From an uncultured Desulfobacter sp. (GTDB lineage Bacteria > Desulfobacterota > Desulfobacteria > Desulfobacterales > Desulfobacteraceae): a DNA stretch of 64,000 bases. The notes beneath the pieces were generated by a model. It was not told where the DNA came from and did not search any database. It saw nothing but the letters and a program-made list of their open reading frames with translations. The stretch covers positions 5,600,001 through 5,664,000 of the forward strand of contig OY762069.1 in assembly GCA_963665095.1 (NCBI GenBank). Direction: 5' to 3'. Positions within the stretch are counted from its first letter, which is position 1. Every line of letters begins with the position of its first letter. Position numbers and translations under genes: made by a program. Positions 1 to 10,564 of this stretch are shown here, in pieces.

Positions 1-377
1 CCAATTCCGAATATCTCAATGTGATGAACGGCGCCGGGGCCTGTCTCTTCGGCGGCTTTTTAGGGGCCAACCGCATCCGGATATTTGACTGGCTCAATGC
101 CGCCACCGGCTGGCAGTTTACCCCGGAAGCATACATGGAAAAAGGGACCAATATCCAGACCATCAAACAGGCTTTTAACATCAAACACGGGATCAAACCC
201 GAGGCGTGCAAAGCCCCGAAGCGTCTTCTGGGTATGCCGCCCCAGTCAAAGGGGGCCAACAAGGGACGCAGTATTGATGTGGAAACCATGATGAAGGACT
301 ATTGGGAGTTATTCGGCTGGGACCGGGAAACAGGGGTGCCGCCCCAGGAGTCGGTTACCCGCCTGGCATCTATTTAA
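1..377 (+). CDS. aldehyde ferredoxin oxidoreductase family protein, C-terminal part (starts before window)
   Basis: GACLFG, LNAATGW, AFNIKHG, MMKDYWELFGWDRETGVP match the AFOR C-terminal pattern; a ferredoxin follows. Confidence 0.85.
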   Translation, partial: NSEYLNVMNGAGACLFGGFLGANRIRIFDWLNAATGWQFTPEAYMEKGTNIQTIKQAFNIKHGIKPEACKAPKRLLGMPPQSKGANKGRSIDVETMMKDYWELFGWDRETGVPPQESVTRLASI

Positions 378-393
378 GGAAAGGGGATATAAT

Positions 394-843
394 ATGACTT
401 TTACCATTTCCCAGGACTGTGTCGGGTGTGGCGCCTGCGCCAGAATCTGCCCGGTGGGCGCGGCTACAGGTGAAAAAAAGGAGGCCCACTGGATCAACCC
501 TGAGATCTGCATAGAATGCGGGGCCTGCAGCCGGGTCTGTCCCAAAGGCGCGGTGCTGGACAGTTTTGGCCTGGTTCAGGCCAGGATACCCAGAAAAGCG
601 TGGCCAATGCCCCGGTTTGACTTTAATGTCTGCATCTCCTGCGGCATCTGCATTGACACCTGCCCGGCCAATGCCCTGTCCCAGGGGCTTCAGAAGGTGG
701 GCTCCAGACACCTGTTTCCCTTTGTCCGGGAGGAATCTCTTTGCATAGCCTGCGGATTCTGTGCCCAGGACTGCCCGGTGGAAGCTGTTGTCATGGCAAA
801 AAAAGATACCGCAGCGCCTGAAAAGCAGGCAAAGGCAGGCTGA
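394..843 (+). CDS. 4Fe-4S polyferredoxin
   Basis: Four CxxCxxCxxxCP motifs. Confidence 0.92.
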   Translation: MTFTISQDCVGCGACARICPVGAATGEKKEAHWINPEICIECGACSRVCPKGAVLDSFGLVQARIPRKAWPMPRFDFNVCISCGICIDTCPANALSQGLQKVGSRHLFPFVREESLCIACGFCAQDCPVEAVVMAKKDTAAPEKQAKAG

Positions 844-845
844 TT

Positions 846-1430
846 ATGGCTAAAACCTTTAAAGGTACGAACCGGGATAACCGCCAGCGCATCCTTGATG
901 CGGCCATGGCCCTGATTGGAGAAAAAGGGGTTGAAAAAACCAGCCTGGCCCAGATCTCGGCCCGGTCCGGTATCAGCAAAGGGACCCTTTATTACTATTA
1001 CGCCACAAAGAATGATCTCATTTTTGACATTGCCGACCTTCACATGGAACGGATCACATTCCGGCTGACTGAAATGATTGATTTAAACAAAGCGCTTACC
1101 TGGGAAGATCTGCTTACTGAATTTTTCACCACGCTGCTAACCTTAGAAGAGAGAAGCCGTTTGCATATCTATCTTGTACGGGAGGCAATATCGGGGAACC
1201 AGGAACTGAAAAAACGGTTTCAGGCCACCTATGCTGAATGGTTTGACATGGTGGCCGATTCCTACACCCGGATGTCCGGAGGCACCCCGGACACCGCAGC
1301 CAAGGCAAAGCTTCTGGTGGCGGTTGTGGACGGTTTCATTCTTCAGGTTCTCCTGGAAACCGGCCAGACTGACATTCAGGATATTGTTCGGCTCATGCTC
1401 AAGGCCATATGGGAGCCCGAGCCTGAATAA
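846..1430 (+). CDS. TetR/AcrR family transcriptional regulator
   Basis: N-terminal ILDAAMALIGEKG...GISKGTLYYYYATKNDL HTH. Confidence 0.93.
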   Translation: MAKTFKGTNRDNRQRILDAAMALIGEKGVEKTSLAQISARSGISKGTLYYYYATKNDLIFDIADLHMERITFRLTEMIDLNKALTWEDLLTEFFTTLLTLEERSRLHIYLVREAISGNQELKKRFQATYAEWFDMVADSYTRMSGGTPDTAAKAKLLVAVVDGFILQVLLETGQTDIQDIVRLMLKAIWEPEPE

Positions 1431-1596
1431 TACGCTGGAAAATTTAACATCCCGTACCTGACCACATAACCCAATTAACATAGAAAAAAGGAGAGATACC
1501 ATCTGCACTTTTAGTTGAAAATTAACCTTTGGCTTTCCAACGCGGTGTTTGATTGCAGGGTTCGGTGATAATTACTTAATCAGAAGGAACTTGGGA

Positions 1597-3001
1597 ATGA
1601 AAAAATTTATCTTGGATAGATGCATTATTCAGCTGGGATTCATGGCAACAGCACTGGCTGTTATGATATCAATTGCACTGGTGGAAGTCCCTTATGCCCA
1701 TGCACAGGCAATCCCGATCAACACTCAGTTGTGGACCGGGCCCTATGAAATCAACATCAATCCAGACCTGAATATTGCCTATCCTGACACGGGAGCTGTC
1801 TACTGGACATCAAAGATAACCATTCCCAAAGGAGCACGCCTGAAACTGGTGGGACAGTATGCCCATGCCAGGTATATCTCTATAAGCGCATACAATATGG
1901 TTGCAGGCACACCCACAGAAACCCTTAACGACACAGGGATAGAGCCGGATAAAGGCTCCATCAACCCCTTTTATCCGGGAGAAAGGCGCAACTCAGATAA
2001 AGACCGGAATTTCACAATCATGGTGCTGAATGAAGTACCCCCGGCTGACGAATCCCGGCGCATGCCCAATACCCTTTATGCCAAATCAGGGGACAAGGGG
2101 GGAGCTGGCCATGATCTGGCGCATTTATGTCCCGGATAAAGACACGGGTATTACCGGAGGGGTGGAACTGCCAAAACCGCAGGTAATACTGGAAGACGGC
2201 ACGGTGCTGGACACCCGGGCATCCTGCGATGCCCTGTCCATCGACGCCACCATTTTTTCCCCAAAATTTCTGGATGTAAAAACCTATATGGCTTTGCGCA
2301 ACGGACTTATTCTGAAAAAATACGGATGGCAGGGAGATATTCCGCCCACATTCCCCTCTCAGAACCCGCCGGTATTTAAAAAAGTATTTAATATAAAAGA
2401 GAGCATGATGTGCAATTTTGCAAAACGGTTTTCAGGAAACTGTGATCCGGCACCGAAGTATACAGTGGGCCAGTATGCCAACCTTGACAACCAGTACATG
2501 AGTGTTCCGGTAAACCGTGGGTTTGCCGAACTGGTGGTGGTCCGTGGAAAGGCCCCGGTTACACCAAAGACATATAACCATGCGCCTGTCATGCAGGAAA
2601 AAGTAGATATGCGTTACTGGTCTTTGACCACCAATGAATCCCTGGTCACGACCAAGGTAACCGATGGTGCCTATGATGAAGAGGTTCCCCTTGACCCGGA
2701 TGGCTGCTATACCATTGTTATCTCCCTGCCCGCAGACCGTCCCGGGAATGCCGTCAATGAAAAAGGTGTCCAGTGGATAAAGTGGCCTGAAAAAGGTGAT
2801 GGTGTCGGACATGTGAATGATGCAAAACTGATCCTGCGCCACATGCTGCCGTCACCGGATTTTACACACAGTATCCAGAATGTGGAAATTCCCGGGAGAG
2901 AATCTGAAGTGCTTGGCCCATATATGCCAATATGCCGGTATATGACCAGGGAGGCCTTTGAGGCCCTTGGCGACCAACCCTGGAAACAGCTCAAAAATTA
3001 A
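1597..3001 (+). pseudogene. secreted protein of unknown function, split by a +1 frameshift in a G6 run (2097-2102)
   Basis: Signal-peptide-like N-terminus (AHA-QA). Removing one G joins ...KSGDKG to ELAMIWRIYVPD... and gives one ORF of about 467 aa. Confidence 0.7.
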
Positions 3002-3024
3002 CATAACCCACGATGAACCAGCGG

Positions 3025-3060
3025 TCAAAAGGAGGGAACCGTTATTTTTCCTCCTTTTGA
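3025..3060. terminator. hairpin, probable intrinsic terminator
   Basis: Perfect 11-bp stem TCAAAAGGAGG/CCTCCTTTTGA just after the stop at 3001. Confidence 0.55.
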
Positions 3061-3103
3061 TCCTTTGGCTGAACATCCATTTACAAAAAAAATAGCAGCA
3101 AAA

Positions 3104-3358
3104 ATGATGACAAAAAAAGACACCCACCAGTTTATTCAGGAATACACAGGTCTTGGCGCCTTTGGTCTGGACCGGGCCACCGATGAGGAGACCATCATGT
3201 TCTACCTGCAGAAATTCAGTGAGGACAGCTTTATGAATGCCCTTCTGCCCAGGCTTTCCGACCGGGAACTTGAAGAGATCTACGAATGGATCAACAGACA
3301 TCTGAAAAAACATTTTTCCGAAGATGAATATCATAGCCTGTTTCTGAAAGATCGTTGA
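3104..3358 (+). CDS. small acidic conserved hypothetical cytoplasmic protein
   Basis: 84-aa ORF with protein-like composition (FGLDRATDEE...LKKHFSEDEYHSLFLKD). Confidence 0.7.
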   Translation: MMTKKDTHQFIQEYTGLGAFGLDRATDEETIMFYLQKFSEDSFMNALLPRLSDRELEEIYEWINRHLKKHFSEDEYHSLFLKDR

Positions 3359-3413
3359 TATTACCGGCTCTGAATGAAAAACACCCCTTACCCGGAAAAT
3401 TTTTAATTTTGTA

Positions 3414-4715
3414 TTATTTTTCAGGTGTAAGCACCAGGAAATAAAGCTGCCCCCTCGCCTGCATATGACCGGCTGCGTAATCTGCCCACTCCCCGGCACC
3501 GCAGAACAGGTCTACCCGGCCGGGACCCTTGATGGCACCGCCCGTGTCCTGGTTAAGCACAAACAGGGAGGCCCTGGGCCAGACGTCCTTTGACTGGCCG
3601 ATACGGGAGGGCAAAGCTGTCTGGATAAAGGCCAGGCCGCCTTTGGGAAACAGCTTGCTGTCCGTGGCAATGGATCGTACCGGGGTGACTGCCACCCCGA
3701 TGCAGCCAAATGGACCGCCATGCCCCTCCTTGAAAAACACAAAGCTGTCATTGGTATGCAGCACCTCATCCATGCGATCAGGATGGGCAGAGAGCCATTC
3801 ACGGATGGCCTGCATGGACATTTTTTCCTTTGGCACCTCGTTGGTATCAATGAGGTATTTTCCCACAGAGCTATATTTCCGGCCATTGGCGCCGGCATAG
3901 TGAATGCGAAGGATCTCTCCACTGTCCAGGGACACCCGGCCGGAACCCTGAATCTCCAGAAAAAACCGGTCAATGCGGGAGGCAAGCCACACCACAGGTA
4001 TGGCCCTTTGCGCAAAATTGCCCCGGGTATTGATCTCTTCCCGGGTGTAATAGGGCCGCACCTGCCGTGCCTTTTCGTCCAGGCGGGCCATCAGGCGTTT
4101 GTGCCCTTTATATTTGTCTGAAAACTGGGACAGGTCGATCTGAAACAAGTCGTCCGGCATGGAATAAACGGGCCAGGGGAAGTCTTCTCCCTGCTCACGG
4201 CTGCCCGGATAGGTGGGTTCAAAATAGCCGGTAAAAAGAACATCTTGTTTTGATCCGCCCACGCTCTTGTACACAGTATAATTTTTCCGGATAAACCGGT
4301 TAAGGGCTTTGGTTGAAGGATTATCAGCCAGAAAAGACTTAAAGGTTTCAAGGGAGCGGATCATGTGGGCAGCACTGTACAGGTCTTTACCGTACACATA
4401 CGTCCGGGTTTCCGGTACCCGGCCAAAATAAGTCAGGCTCTGGTCAATGGCGGCGTCAAGATCCTGGAGCAACAGGGCATCCATAAATTCCGGCAGATCT
4501 GAGGAAGCGACTTTCTGCAAAGGCTGGTTGTAGATTTCCGCCACGTTGTTCTGATCCCGGCAGCCCCAGGTCCCTGCGAGCATCAGAATCAAAGCCAGCT
4601 GCCATATCAGTTTCGCATACCAGCTACTGGAAACTGTCTTATAAAATCCCGGCAACCGTTTCAGTATCAGCCAGGATCGAAACCCGGTGAGGAGCAGGCA
4701 TTTAAGCAGATTCAT
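3414..4715 (-). CDS. mltA: membrane-bound lytic murein transglycosylase A (true start probably downstream of 4715)
   Basis: FTGYFEP, FFLEIQGSG, 3D motif QDTGGAIKGPGRVDLF; lipobox-like TWGC. Confidence 0.92.
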   Translation of the reverse strand: MNLLKCLLLTGFRSWLILKRLPGFYKTVSSSWYAKLIWQLALILMLAGTWGCRDQNNVAEIYNQPLQKVASSDLPEFMDALLLQDLDAAIDQSLTYFGRVPETRTYVYGKDLYSAAHMIRSLETFKSFLADNPSTKALNRFIRKNYTVYKSVGGSKQDVLFTGYFEPTYPGSREQGEDFPWPVYSMPDDLFQIDLSQFSDKYKGHKRLMARLDEKARQVRPYYTREEINTRGNFAQRAIPVVWLASRIDRFFLEIQGSGRVSLDSGEILRIHYAGANGRKYSSVGKYLIDTNEVPKEKMSMQAIREWLSAHPDRMDEVLHTNDSFVFFKEGHGGPFGCIGVAVTPVRSIATDSKLFPKGGLAFIQTALPSRIGQSKDVWPRASLFVLNQDTGGAIKGPGRVDLFCGAGEWADYAAGHMQARGQLYFLVLTPEK

Positions 4716-5904
4716 CTTCCATGTCCCTTTCTTTCATCCGGCCAAGATTCAACGACATTTCCGGTATGGGGTCTGTATCAGGCAGGCTGCTGGAAGTGAC
4801 ACCCAGCGCCTCAAACTTGCGGGCCGATGACATGACCCGTGTTTCCATGGCCCCTATGGTGCGGTTAAAGGTGGCTGCCGTGCGCTCAATATCCTTTCCC
4901 AGCCGGTTCATGTGCCCGGCCATGGTGGAGAGTCTTGAAAACAGTTCTGAACCCAGCTCCCGTATGGCCAGGGCATTTTCCAGACCCGCCTGCTGAAGCC
5001 AGACATAAGCCACGGTCTTGAGCAGTGCGATCAAAGTGGTGGGAGTGGCCAGTATCACCCCGTGTTCTATGCCCTTTTCAATAAGATCGGGCCGGGCGGA
5101 CAGGGCTGCGGAAAAAAAATTTTCCCCCGGTATGAACAGCACAACAAATTCTGGACTTGGCGTAAAGGCGGCTGAATAATTTTTTGACCCCAGCTGACCA
5201 ATATGCGCCATGACCTGACGGGCATGGTCGGACAGCCGCTCTTTCTGCTCCTGTGGATCCGAGGTATCAAGTGCATCCAGATAGGCCATGAGCGGCACCT
5301 TGGCATCCACCACCACCTGCCGGTTGCCGGGCAGGTGCACCACCATGTCCGGCCGAAGGGCCCCTTTGCCGGAACCTTTTACGCCCTGCTCGACAAAATC
5401 GCAGTGCTCAGCCATCCCTGCCAGTTCCACAGCCCGTTTCAGGGTGGTTTCCCCCCACCGGCCCCTGACATGGGGCACCCGAAGGGCTTTGACCAGATTG
5501 TCGGTCTCCTTTGACAGCTTGTGCTGGGTTCTGGCCATGTCGGACAGATACTGGCTGATGGCACCAAAGGCCTGCCCCCGGTCCTTCTCCATGGTGGAAA
5601 GCCGCTGTTCATACCTGTCCAGCATCCGGTGCACCGGATCAACAGCCTGGGTAAAGGCCTCCTGCCGTGATTTAAAATCCTGCCGGGCCTCTCTGACATA
5701 CCCGCTGAAGTGGGACTGGGCCAGATCCATAAACTGACGGGAATTTTCATACAAAGCCCGGTCGGACATTGTTCTGAACCGGTCTGAAAACAGCCGTATG
5801 CCAAGCCGGGTCAACGCCAGGGCAACAACCAGACCCACCGCAAACCCGATGCCTAAAAAAACAAGATTGTCAGCGCTGATGCTTATGTCTGTCAACGTGG
5901 TCAT
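4702..5904 (-). CDS. rmuC: DNA recombination protein RmuC
   Basis: RGRWGE, RPDMVVHLP, VDAKVP, FVVLFIPGE, ATPTTLIALL; N-terminal TM segment. Confidence 0.95.
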   Translation of the reverse strand: MTTLTDISISADNLVFLGIGFAVGLVVALALTRLGIRLFSDRFRTMSDRALYENSRQFMDLAQSHFSGYVREARQDFKSRQEAFTQAVDPVHRMLDRYEQRLSTMEKDRGQAFGAISQYLSDMARTQHKLSKETDNLVKALRVPHVRGRWGETTLKRAVELAGMAEHCDFVEQGVKGSGKGALRPDMVVHLPGNRQVVVDAKVPLMAYLDALDTSDPQEQKERLSDHARQVMAHIGQLGSKNYSAAFTPSPEFVVLFIPGENFFSAALSARPDLIEKGIEHGVILATPTTLIALLKTVAYVWLQQAGLENALAIRELGSELFSRLSTMAGHMNRLGKDIERTAATFNRTIGAMETRVMSSARKFEALGVTSSSLPDTDPIPEMSLNLGRMKERDMEDESA

Positions 5905-6434
5905 TCAGATCTATTTTCAGCAGATTCATTTTCAGCGGATATTTTTTGGGCAAAGGCCTTTTCGTTCCTGAATACCCCGCTTTTTCCACCTGATTTAAAG
6001 GCCAGATGGATATCGGAGACCTCCATGGTTTTATCATAGGCCTTGCACATATCATAGATAGCCAGGGCGGCCACACTGACAGCTGTCAGGGCCTCCATCT
6101 CCACACCTGTTTTTCCGGTCAGAGAAACCTCCGCCTCAATGCCGATACAGTTGTTTTCCCGGTCGATGGTAAAATCAACTCTGATGTGGGTAATGTTCAG
6201 GGGGTGGCACATGGGAATCAGATCAGACGTTTTTTTTGCCGCCATAACACCGGCAATCCGTGCGGTTTCCAGCACGTTGCCTTTTTTTACCCGTTCATCG
6301 GCTATGGCAGCCAGTGTCTGCTGGGACATAAAAATCCTGCCCTTTGCCACAGCAACCCGTTTTGTGGCTGCCTTGTCCCCCACATCCACCATTCTGACAC
6401 GGCCCTGGCCGTCCACATGGGTAAATTCGCTCAC
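5901..6434 (-). CDS. moaC: cyclic pyranopterin monophosphate synthase MoaC
   Basis: RMVDVGDK, LIPMCHP, TGVEMEAL, IYDMCKA, KSGGKSG. Confidence 0.97.
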   Translation of the reverse strand: MSEFTHVDGQGRVRMVDVGDKAATKRVAVAKGRIFMSQQTLAAIADERVKKGNVLETARIAGVMAAKKTSDLIPMCHPLNITHIRVDFTIDRENNCIGIEAEVSLTGKTGVEMEALTAVSVAALAIYDMCKAYDKTMEVSDIHLAFKSGGKSGVFRNEKAFAQKISAENESAENRSE

Positions 6435-6508
6435 ATCTGCTCCTTTATATTTTTCACTCGTTCCCGGTCCAGGCCGAAGCCGGCATCAACGGGGAGGTTT
6501 GTGGCCAT

Positions 6509-6868
6509 TCATGCAAAAAACTGTGTTTTGGCCGTGGCTTCCGTTTTAATCCTGTTCAGGGCATGGGCCAGTGCGGCAATCACATTTTCTCTAATATCGC
6601 CGGCCACCGCAAGAAACATCACATCATCCCCCACCATCAGGGGCTTGTCCGCCTCCACATGCACGAGCACCTCCACAATTCCCGGCATGGCCCGGGTCTG
6701 CACCACAATCTGGTCCAGCTTTTCCGTGTCCACAGTAACACGTAACCCGGTGACTGGCTGGCCGTCCCGGGATGTGCCCCTCACCACGCCATTATGGTAA
6801 AGCACCATACCAGCCTGAGAAAATTCGGGGTGGCTTTTCATCTGATTTATCATTGCAGGCAGATCCAT
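6509..6868 (-). CDS. moaE: molybdopterin synthase catalytic subunit, short MoaE-like
   Basis: GMVLYHNGVVRG, VGDDVMFLAVAG; adjacent to moaC and mobA. Confidence 0.85.
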   Translation of the reverse strand: MDLPAMINQMKSHPEFSQAGMVLYHNGVVRGTSRDGQPVTGLRVTVDTEKLDQIVVQTRAMPGIVEVLVHVEADKPLMVGDDVMFLAVAGDIRENVIAALAHALNRIKTEATAKTQFFA

Positions 6869-6900
6869 TTTCCACTTCCTTCTTTAAAAAGTCTTATCTT

Positions 6901-7545
6901 TCAACTCGACCCTGAGTGACGGCATCTGCCGTCATTTGGATCACAGTTTTCCGCCATGGCTTTCGCAGTTTCAAGATCAGCCGGCGTATTGACATTGAAT
7001 TTAAACCGCATCTCCGGATCCAGGGTTTCCAGTACCCGGGGCCCAATCTGCTTTACCCGTTCAGGTTTAAAAAATTTTTTTATCATAAACTGTTTTTTTG
7101 CAAGGCTGGTTTCAATACGCGGGATGCAGGTTTTATGGTACAGGGCAGACAATGGTTCCAGCCCCTCCCGGGTTTTTGGAATAATGACCTGTTTGTCAGG
7201 GGTTCTTTGATCCAGGAGATACCGAATAACGGGCTCACTGGAAAAGGGCACGTCGCAACCGGTTACATAGGACCAGGGAAACGAGGCATAAAACAGGCCC
7301 GCATGAAGGCCGGAAAGCGCGCATCTGGATTGTTCAATATCCGTAACCATCAGGGCGTTAACCTCTAAAAAACAGACCGGCTCGTTTACAACCAGAATCA
7401 CCTCTTTAAATAGCCGGGTAAACAGGGCATGGGTCCGTGCCATGATAGTATCGGGCCCCACCTTGTGAAACGCTTTTTTAATGCCCGGTAACCGGCTGTT
7501 GCGCCCCCCGGCCAGGATTACGCCTGTGCAATCAAATTTTTCCAC
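6901..7545 (-). CDS. mobA: molybdenum cofactor guanylyltransferase
   Basis: GVILAGGRNSR, CDVPF, EPLSALY, FNVNTPADL. Confidence 0.93.
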   Translation of the reverse strand: MEKFDCTGVILAGGRNSRLPGIKKAFHKVGPDTIMARTHALFTRLFKEVILVVNEPVCFLEVNALMVTDIEQSRCALSGLHAGLFYASFPWSYVTGCDVPFSSEPVIRYLLDQRTPDKQVIIPKTREGLEPLSALYHKTCIPRIETSLAKKQFMIKKFFKPERVKQIGPRVLETLDPEMRFKFNVNTPADLETAKAMAENCDPNDGRCRHSGSS

Positions 7546-7706
7546 CCCGTCCTTCTTTTTCTGGTATTTTTATCAGATTCGTATTGATACCTTACTATGC
7601 CTTTGTTGATTATAGGAAGCGGGATCTAAAATCAAGGTGTTGCCGTGGTAAAAAAAAGATGGTAGTAAATTTTTTTGGGCATACCGGAATAGGGATTAGA
7701 TACATT

Positions 7707-8243
7707 ATGACAAAAAAAAAGATCATCCTGAACAGTCAGGACTACAAGCGGATCATTACACGCATCGCCTACGAGATTATTGAAAAGCATAAAGGGGCGC
7801 AAAACCTGGCTCTTGTAGGCATCCAGACCCGGGGGGACTTCCTGGCCAAGCGCCTGGCCGAACAGATGGCTGCCATTGAAGGCATTGACCTGCCCGTAGG
7901 TTCCATGGACATCAACATGTACCGGGATGACTGGACCAGAATCAGCCATCAGCCCAGTGTCAGGCCGTCAAATATCCCCTTTTCCGTGGATGATATGGAA
8001 ATTATCCTGGTGGATGACGTCCTGTTCACCGGCAGAACCATCCGGGCCGCCATGGAGGCACTCCTGGATTTTGGCAGGCCCTCCCGCATTGAGCTTGCCA
8101 TCCTGGTGGACAGAGGCCACCGGGAACTGCCCATCCAGGCCGATTACCAGGGCATTTTCGCCGACACCGAACCCGAGGACATGATCCATGTCCATGTCCT
8201 TGAACAGGACCAGGAAGACTGTGTCTACAAAGAGTTGCCGTAA
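7707..8243 (+). CDS. pyrR: bifunctional pyrimidine regulator / uracil phosphoribosyltransferase PyrR
   Basis: RIAYEIIE, YRDD, LVDDVLFTGRTIRAA, DRGHRELPI. Confidence 0.97.
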   Translation: MTKKKIILNSQDYKRIITRIAYEIIEKHKGAQNLALVGIQTRGDFLAKRLAEQMAAIEGIDLPVGSMDINMYRDDWTRISHQPSVRPSNIPFSVDDMEIILVDDVLFTGRTIRAAMEALLDFGRPSRIELAILVDRGHRELPIQADYQGIFADTEPEDMIHVHVLEQDQEDCVYKELP

Positions 8244-8340
8244 AAGGGGCTGATCTTTACAGCATGCCTTTGCAACCGGTATCAACACAACATTTCACAA
8301 TTGTCCGGACAGCTGACTGTGCCCGGGCAGAAAGGAATAC

Positions 8341-8844
8341 ATGAGCGCCCACTCTCATCGGACATCTTCACCCCGGCACCTTAGAATTGCCGTATTGTCC
8401 ATGTCCAGCACCCGGAATATTGAAACCGACAAAAGCGGTTTATGGATCAAAAAACAGGCCAAAAAAGAGGGCCATGAAGTGGTGATCCACCAGGTTCTCC
8501 CGGACGAGACAGGCGCCATCACCGATGCCTTGACCCATATCATAGAACGCATCGGCCCCCATGCCGTCATCATGACCGGCGGCACCGGTATCAGCCCCAA
8601 GGATGTAACCATTGAGGCTGTCCGGCCCATGTTTAAAAAGGAGCTGACGGCATTTGGACCGCTGTTTGCCCAGCTCAGCTTTGAACAGATCGACTCTGCC
8701 GCTATTTTATCCCGGGCCATGGCAGGCGTCATCGAGAGCACCATTGTGTTCTGTATGCCCGGCAGCATTAATGCCTGTAAACTGGCCTGCAACAATCTGA
8801 TTTTCCCGGAACTCGGACATTTGATCAAACATGTAAAGGAATAA
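8341..8844 (+). CDS. moaB: MogA/MoaB molybdenum cofactor biosynthesis protein
   Basis: DKSG, TGGTGISPKDVTIEA, LSRA, MPGS. Confidence 0.9.
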   Translation: MSAHSHRTSSPRHLRIAVLSMSSTRNIETDKSGLWIKKQAKKEGHEVVIHQVLPDETGAITDALTHIIERIGPHAVIMTGGTGISPKDVTIEAVRPMFKKELTAFGPLFAQLSFEQIDSAAILSRAMAGVIESTIVFCMPGSINACKLACNNLIFPELGHLIKHVKE

Positions 8845-8847
8845 ACC

Positions 8848-9252
8848 ATGAGCGAACTTGAGACCCTGTTAAACGATTGGAAAGATAATGACAACCAGAC
8901 CCGAAAAGCCTTTACCGAGCTTGTGGACCATTTAAAAAACCTGTCCGACACCACCCTTGATTTTGTGGGGCGCCCCGGCGTAAGCTACTCCCTTCGCCCC
9001 CGTCACGCCGCCCAGAATAAACGTCCTTTGTTTGCCATGGTGGATGTCATTGACGATGATCCGGAAGACAGATGGCTGTCGGTCTGCTTTTACGGGGAGA
9101 TGGTCACCGATCCCCAGGAGGCAGGGGATCTGGTTCCCGAAGGCCTGCTTGGTGAAGACGGCTACTGCTTTGACATGTATGAATATGATGAGCAGGAGGT
9201 GGCTTACCTCAAAGAACGTCTCTCAGAGGCTCATTCCAACGCTCCGGAGTAA
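8848..9252 (+). CDS. conserved hypothetical acidic protein
   Basis: 134-aa ORF coupled to moaB; RPGVSYSLR, WLSVCFY, GLLGEDGYCFD. Confidence 0.75.
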   Translation: MSELETLLNDWKDNDNQTRKAFTELVDHLKNLSDTTLDFVGRPGVSYSLRPRHAAQNKRPLFAMVDVIDDDPEDRWLSVCFYGEMVTDPQEAGDLVPEGLLGEDGYCFDMYEYDEQEVAYLKERLSEAHSNAPE

Positions 9253-9461
9253 GATCCGGGATTGCAAAGCTTCTTTTTAATTCTAATCCGGGGGATACGC
9301 TGCTTACTATTTTGCCCGCAAATTTAAGTAAGCTGTGTGTCCCCCGGATTAAATGAGAACCACAACCGCCTGACAGCCGGCTATGATTTTTTAACACTCT
9401 TTCAGTGGCAGCCATGAATGTAAACAAGGATAACGCAGATTTCAAAAGCACTGATGCAGAC

Positions 9462-10370
9462 ATGAAGTTGGGACTGCATACCTACAGCCTTTATTTACAT
9501 GGGATTGGCCAGGCCTGGGCAGACTTTGTCCTTCCATGGGAAAGGCAGCTGAGTTCGTTTGAACTATTTGAACTCGGGGTCAGGCTGGGCCTTGAGGGAT
9601 TTCATCTTGATGATGGTGTTTTAGAGACTCTGGATGAATCATATTTAAAAGAAGTGGCGGATGCTGCCAGGTTCCACAATTTGTATCTTGAATATAACAT
9701 GTCAATGGATCTGGGCAATTTCGGCATCGGTATCCAGCATGATGTTATGGAAGCCATTGACACGGCCCATGCTTTAGGTGCCGATGTGGTAAAAATCAGT
9801 ATGGACCTGCCAAGGCCTAAGCCAAGGGCAGGCAGCCGGTTTCATACAGCTGTGATGCCCTACCTCCAGCAGACGGTGGACCGGTTGAGACAGGCTGCCC
9901 CAAAAGCTGAAGCCTGCGGCATAAAGCTTGCCATAGAGAATCATTGTGACAGTTTTTCCCAGGAAATTCTTTGGGTCATCAGCCAGGTGGAGAGCCCTTT
10001 TGTGGGGGCGTGCATTGATACGGTGAATGCCTGGCATGTGTCCGAAGATCCCATGGCAGCCATAGAAAACCTGGCCCCTGTGGCTTTTACCAATCATTTC
10101 AGGGACGACCGTGTTGAATTTCGACGGGATGGGTTCCAGGTGCACGGCGGGGCTGTGGGGGATGGGGACATTGATATGATAAAAGCCTATCAGCTGATCA
10201 AAGATCACTCGCCGTGTCAACGCATCAACATTGAGACGGAATCCGGTTTCAGCCTGGATGATAAAGAGACGGCCCTGCGGCTGGAACTTGAACTGATCCG
10301 GAAAAGTATCGATTACTGCCGCAATGTTTTAAAAATCGGAGAGAAATCTCAAACCTTCCAGCACGCTTAA
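9462..10370 (+). CDS. sugar phosphate isomerase/epimerase family TIM-barrel protein (alternative start 9414)
   Basis: KLAIENH, CIDTVN, HFRD, GDGDID, NIE motifs of the AP-endonuclease-2/xylose-isomerase-like fold. Confidence 0.85.
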   Translation: MKLGLHTYSLYLHGIGQAWADFVLPWERQLSSFELFELGVRLGLEGFHLDDGVLETLDESYLKEVADAARFHNLYLEYNMSMDLGNFGIGIQHDVMEAIDTAHALGADVVKISMDLPRPKPRAGSRFHTAVMPYLQQTVDRLRQAAPKAEACGIKLAIENHCDSFSQEILWVISQVESPFVGACIDTVNAWHVSEDPMAAIENLAPVAFTNHFRDDRVEFRRDGFQVHGGAVGDGDIDMIKAYQLIKDHSPCQRINIETESGFSLDDKETALRLELELIRKSIDYCRNVLKIGEKSQTFQHA

Positions 10371-10564
10371 ATCTGCGTTCCAAAAACCACCATGTTGATT
10401 CAGTTACGAGCAATAATAAATCGGTGATTTTTAGCTGCAAGATTGATATATTAATTTTTGATATTGAAATTTTTTATGGATAATTTGATTTTTTATTAAA
10501 TGCCTTTATGATATCCAATCATTAAATTGTTGATAATTTAAAAAGGAGGCATATATACATTCTG

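Noticed and set aside
7546..7706. PyrR attenuator upstream of pyrR
   Set aside because: No PyrR-binding loop or terminator recognised, and no pyr biosynthetic genes follow.
1..8844. AOR with nearby moaC/moaE/mobA/moaB as a novel cluster
   Set aside because: Ordinary molybdopterin housekeeping genes interleaved with unrelated core genes.
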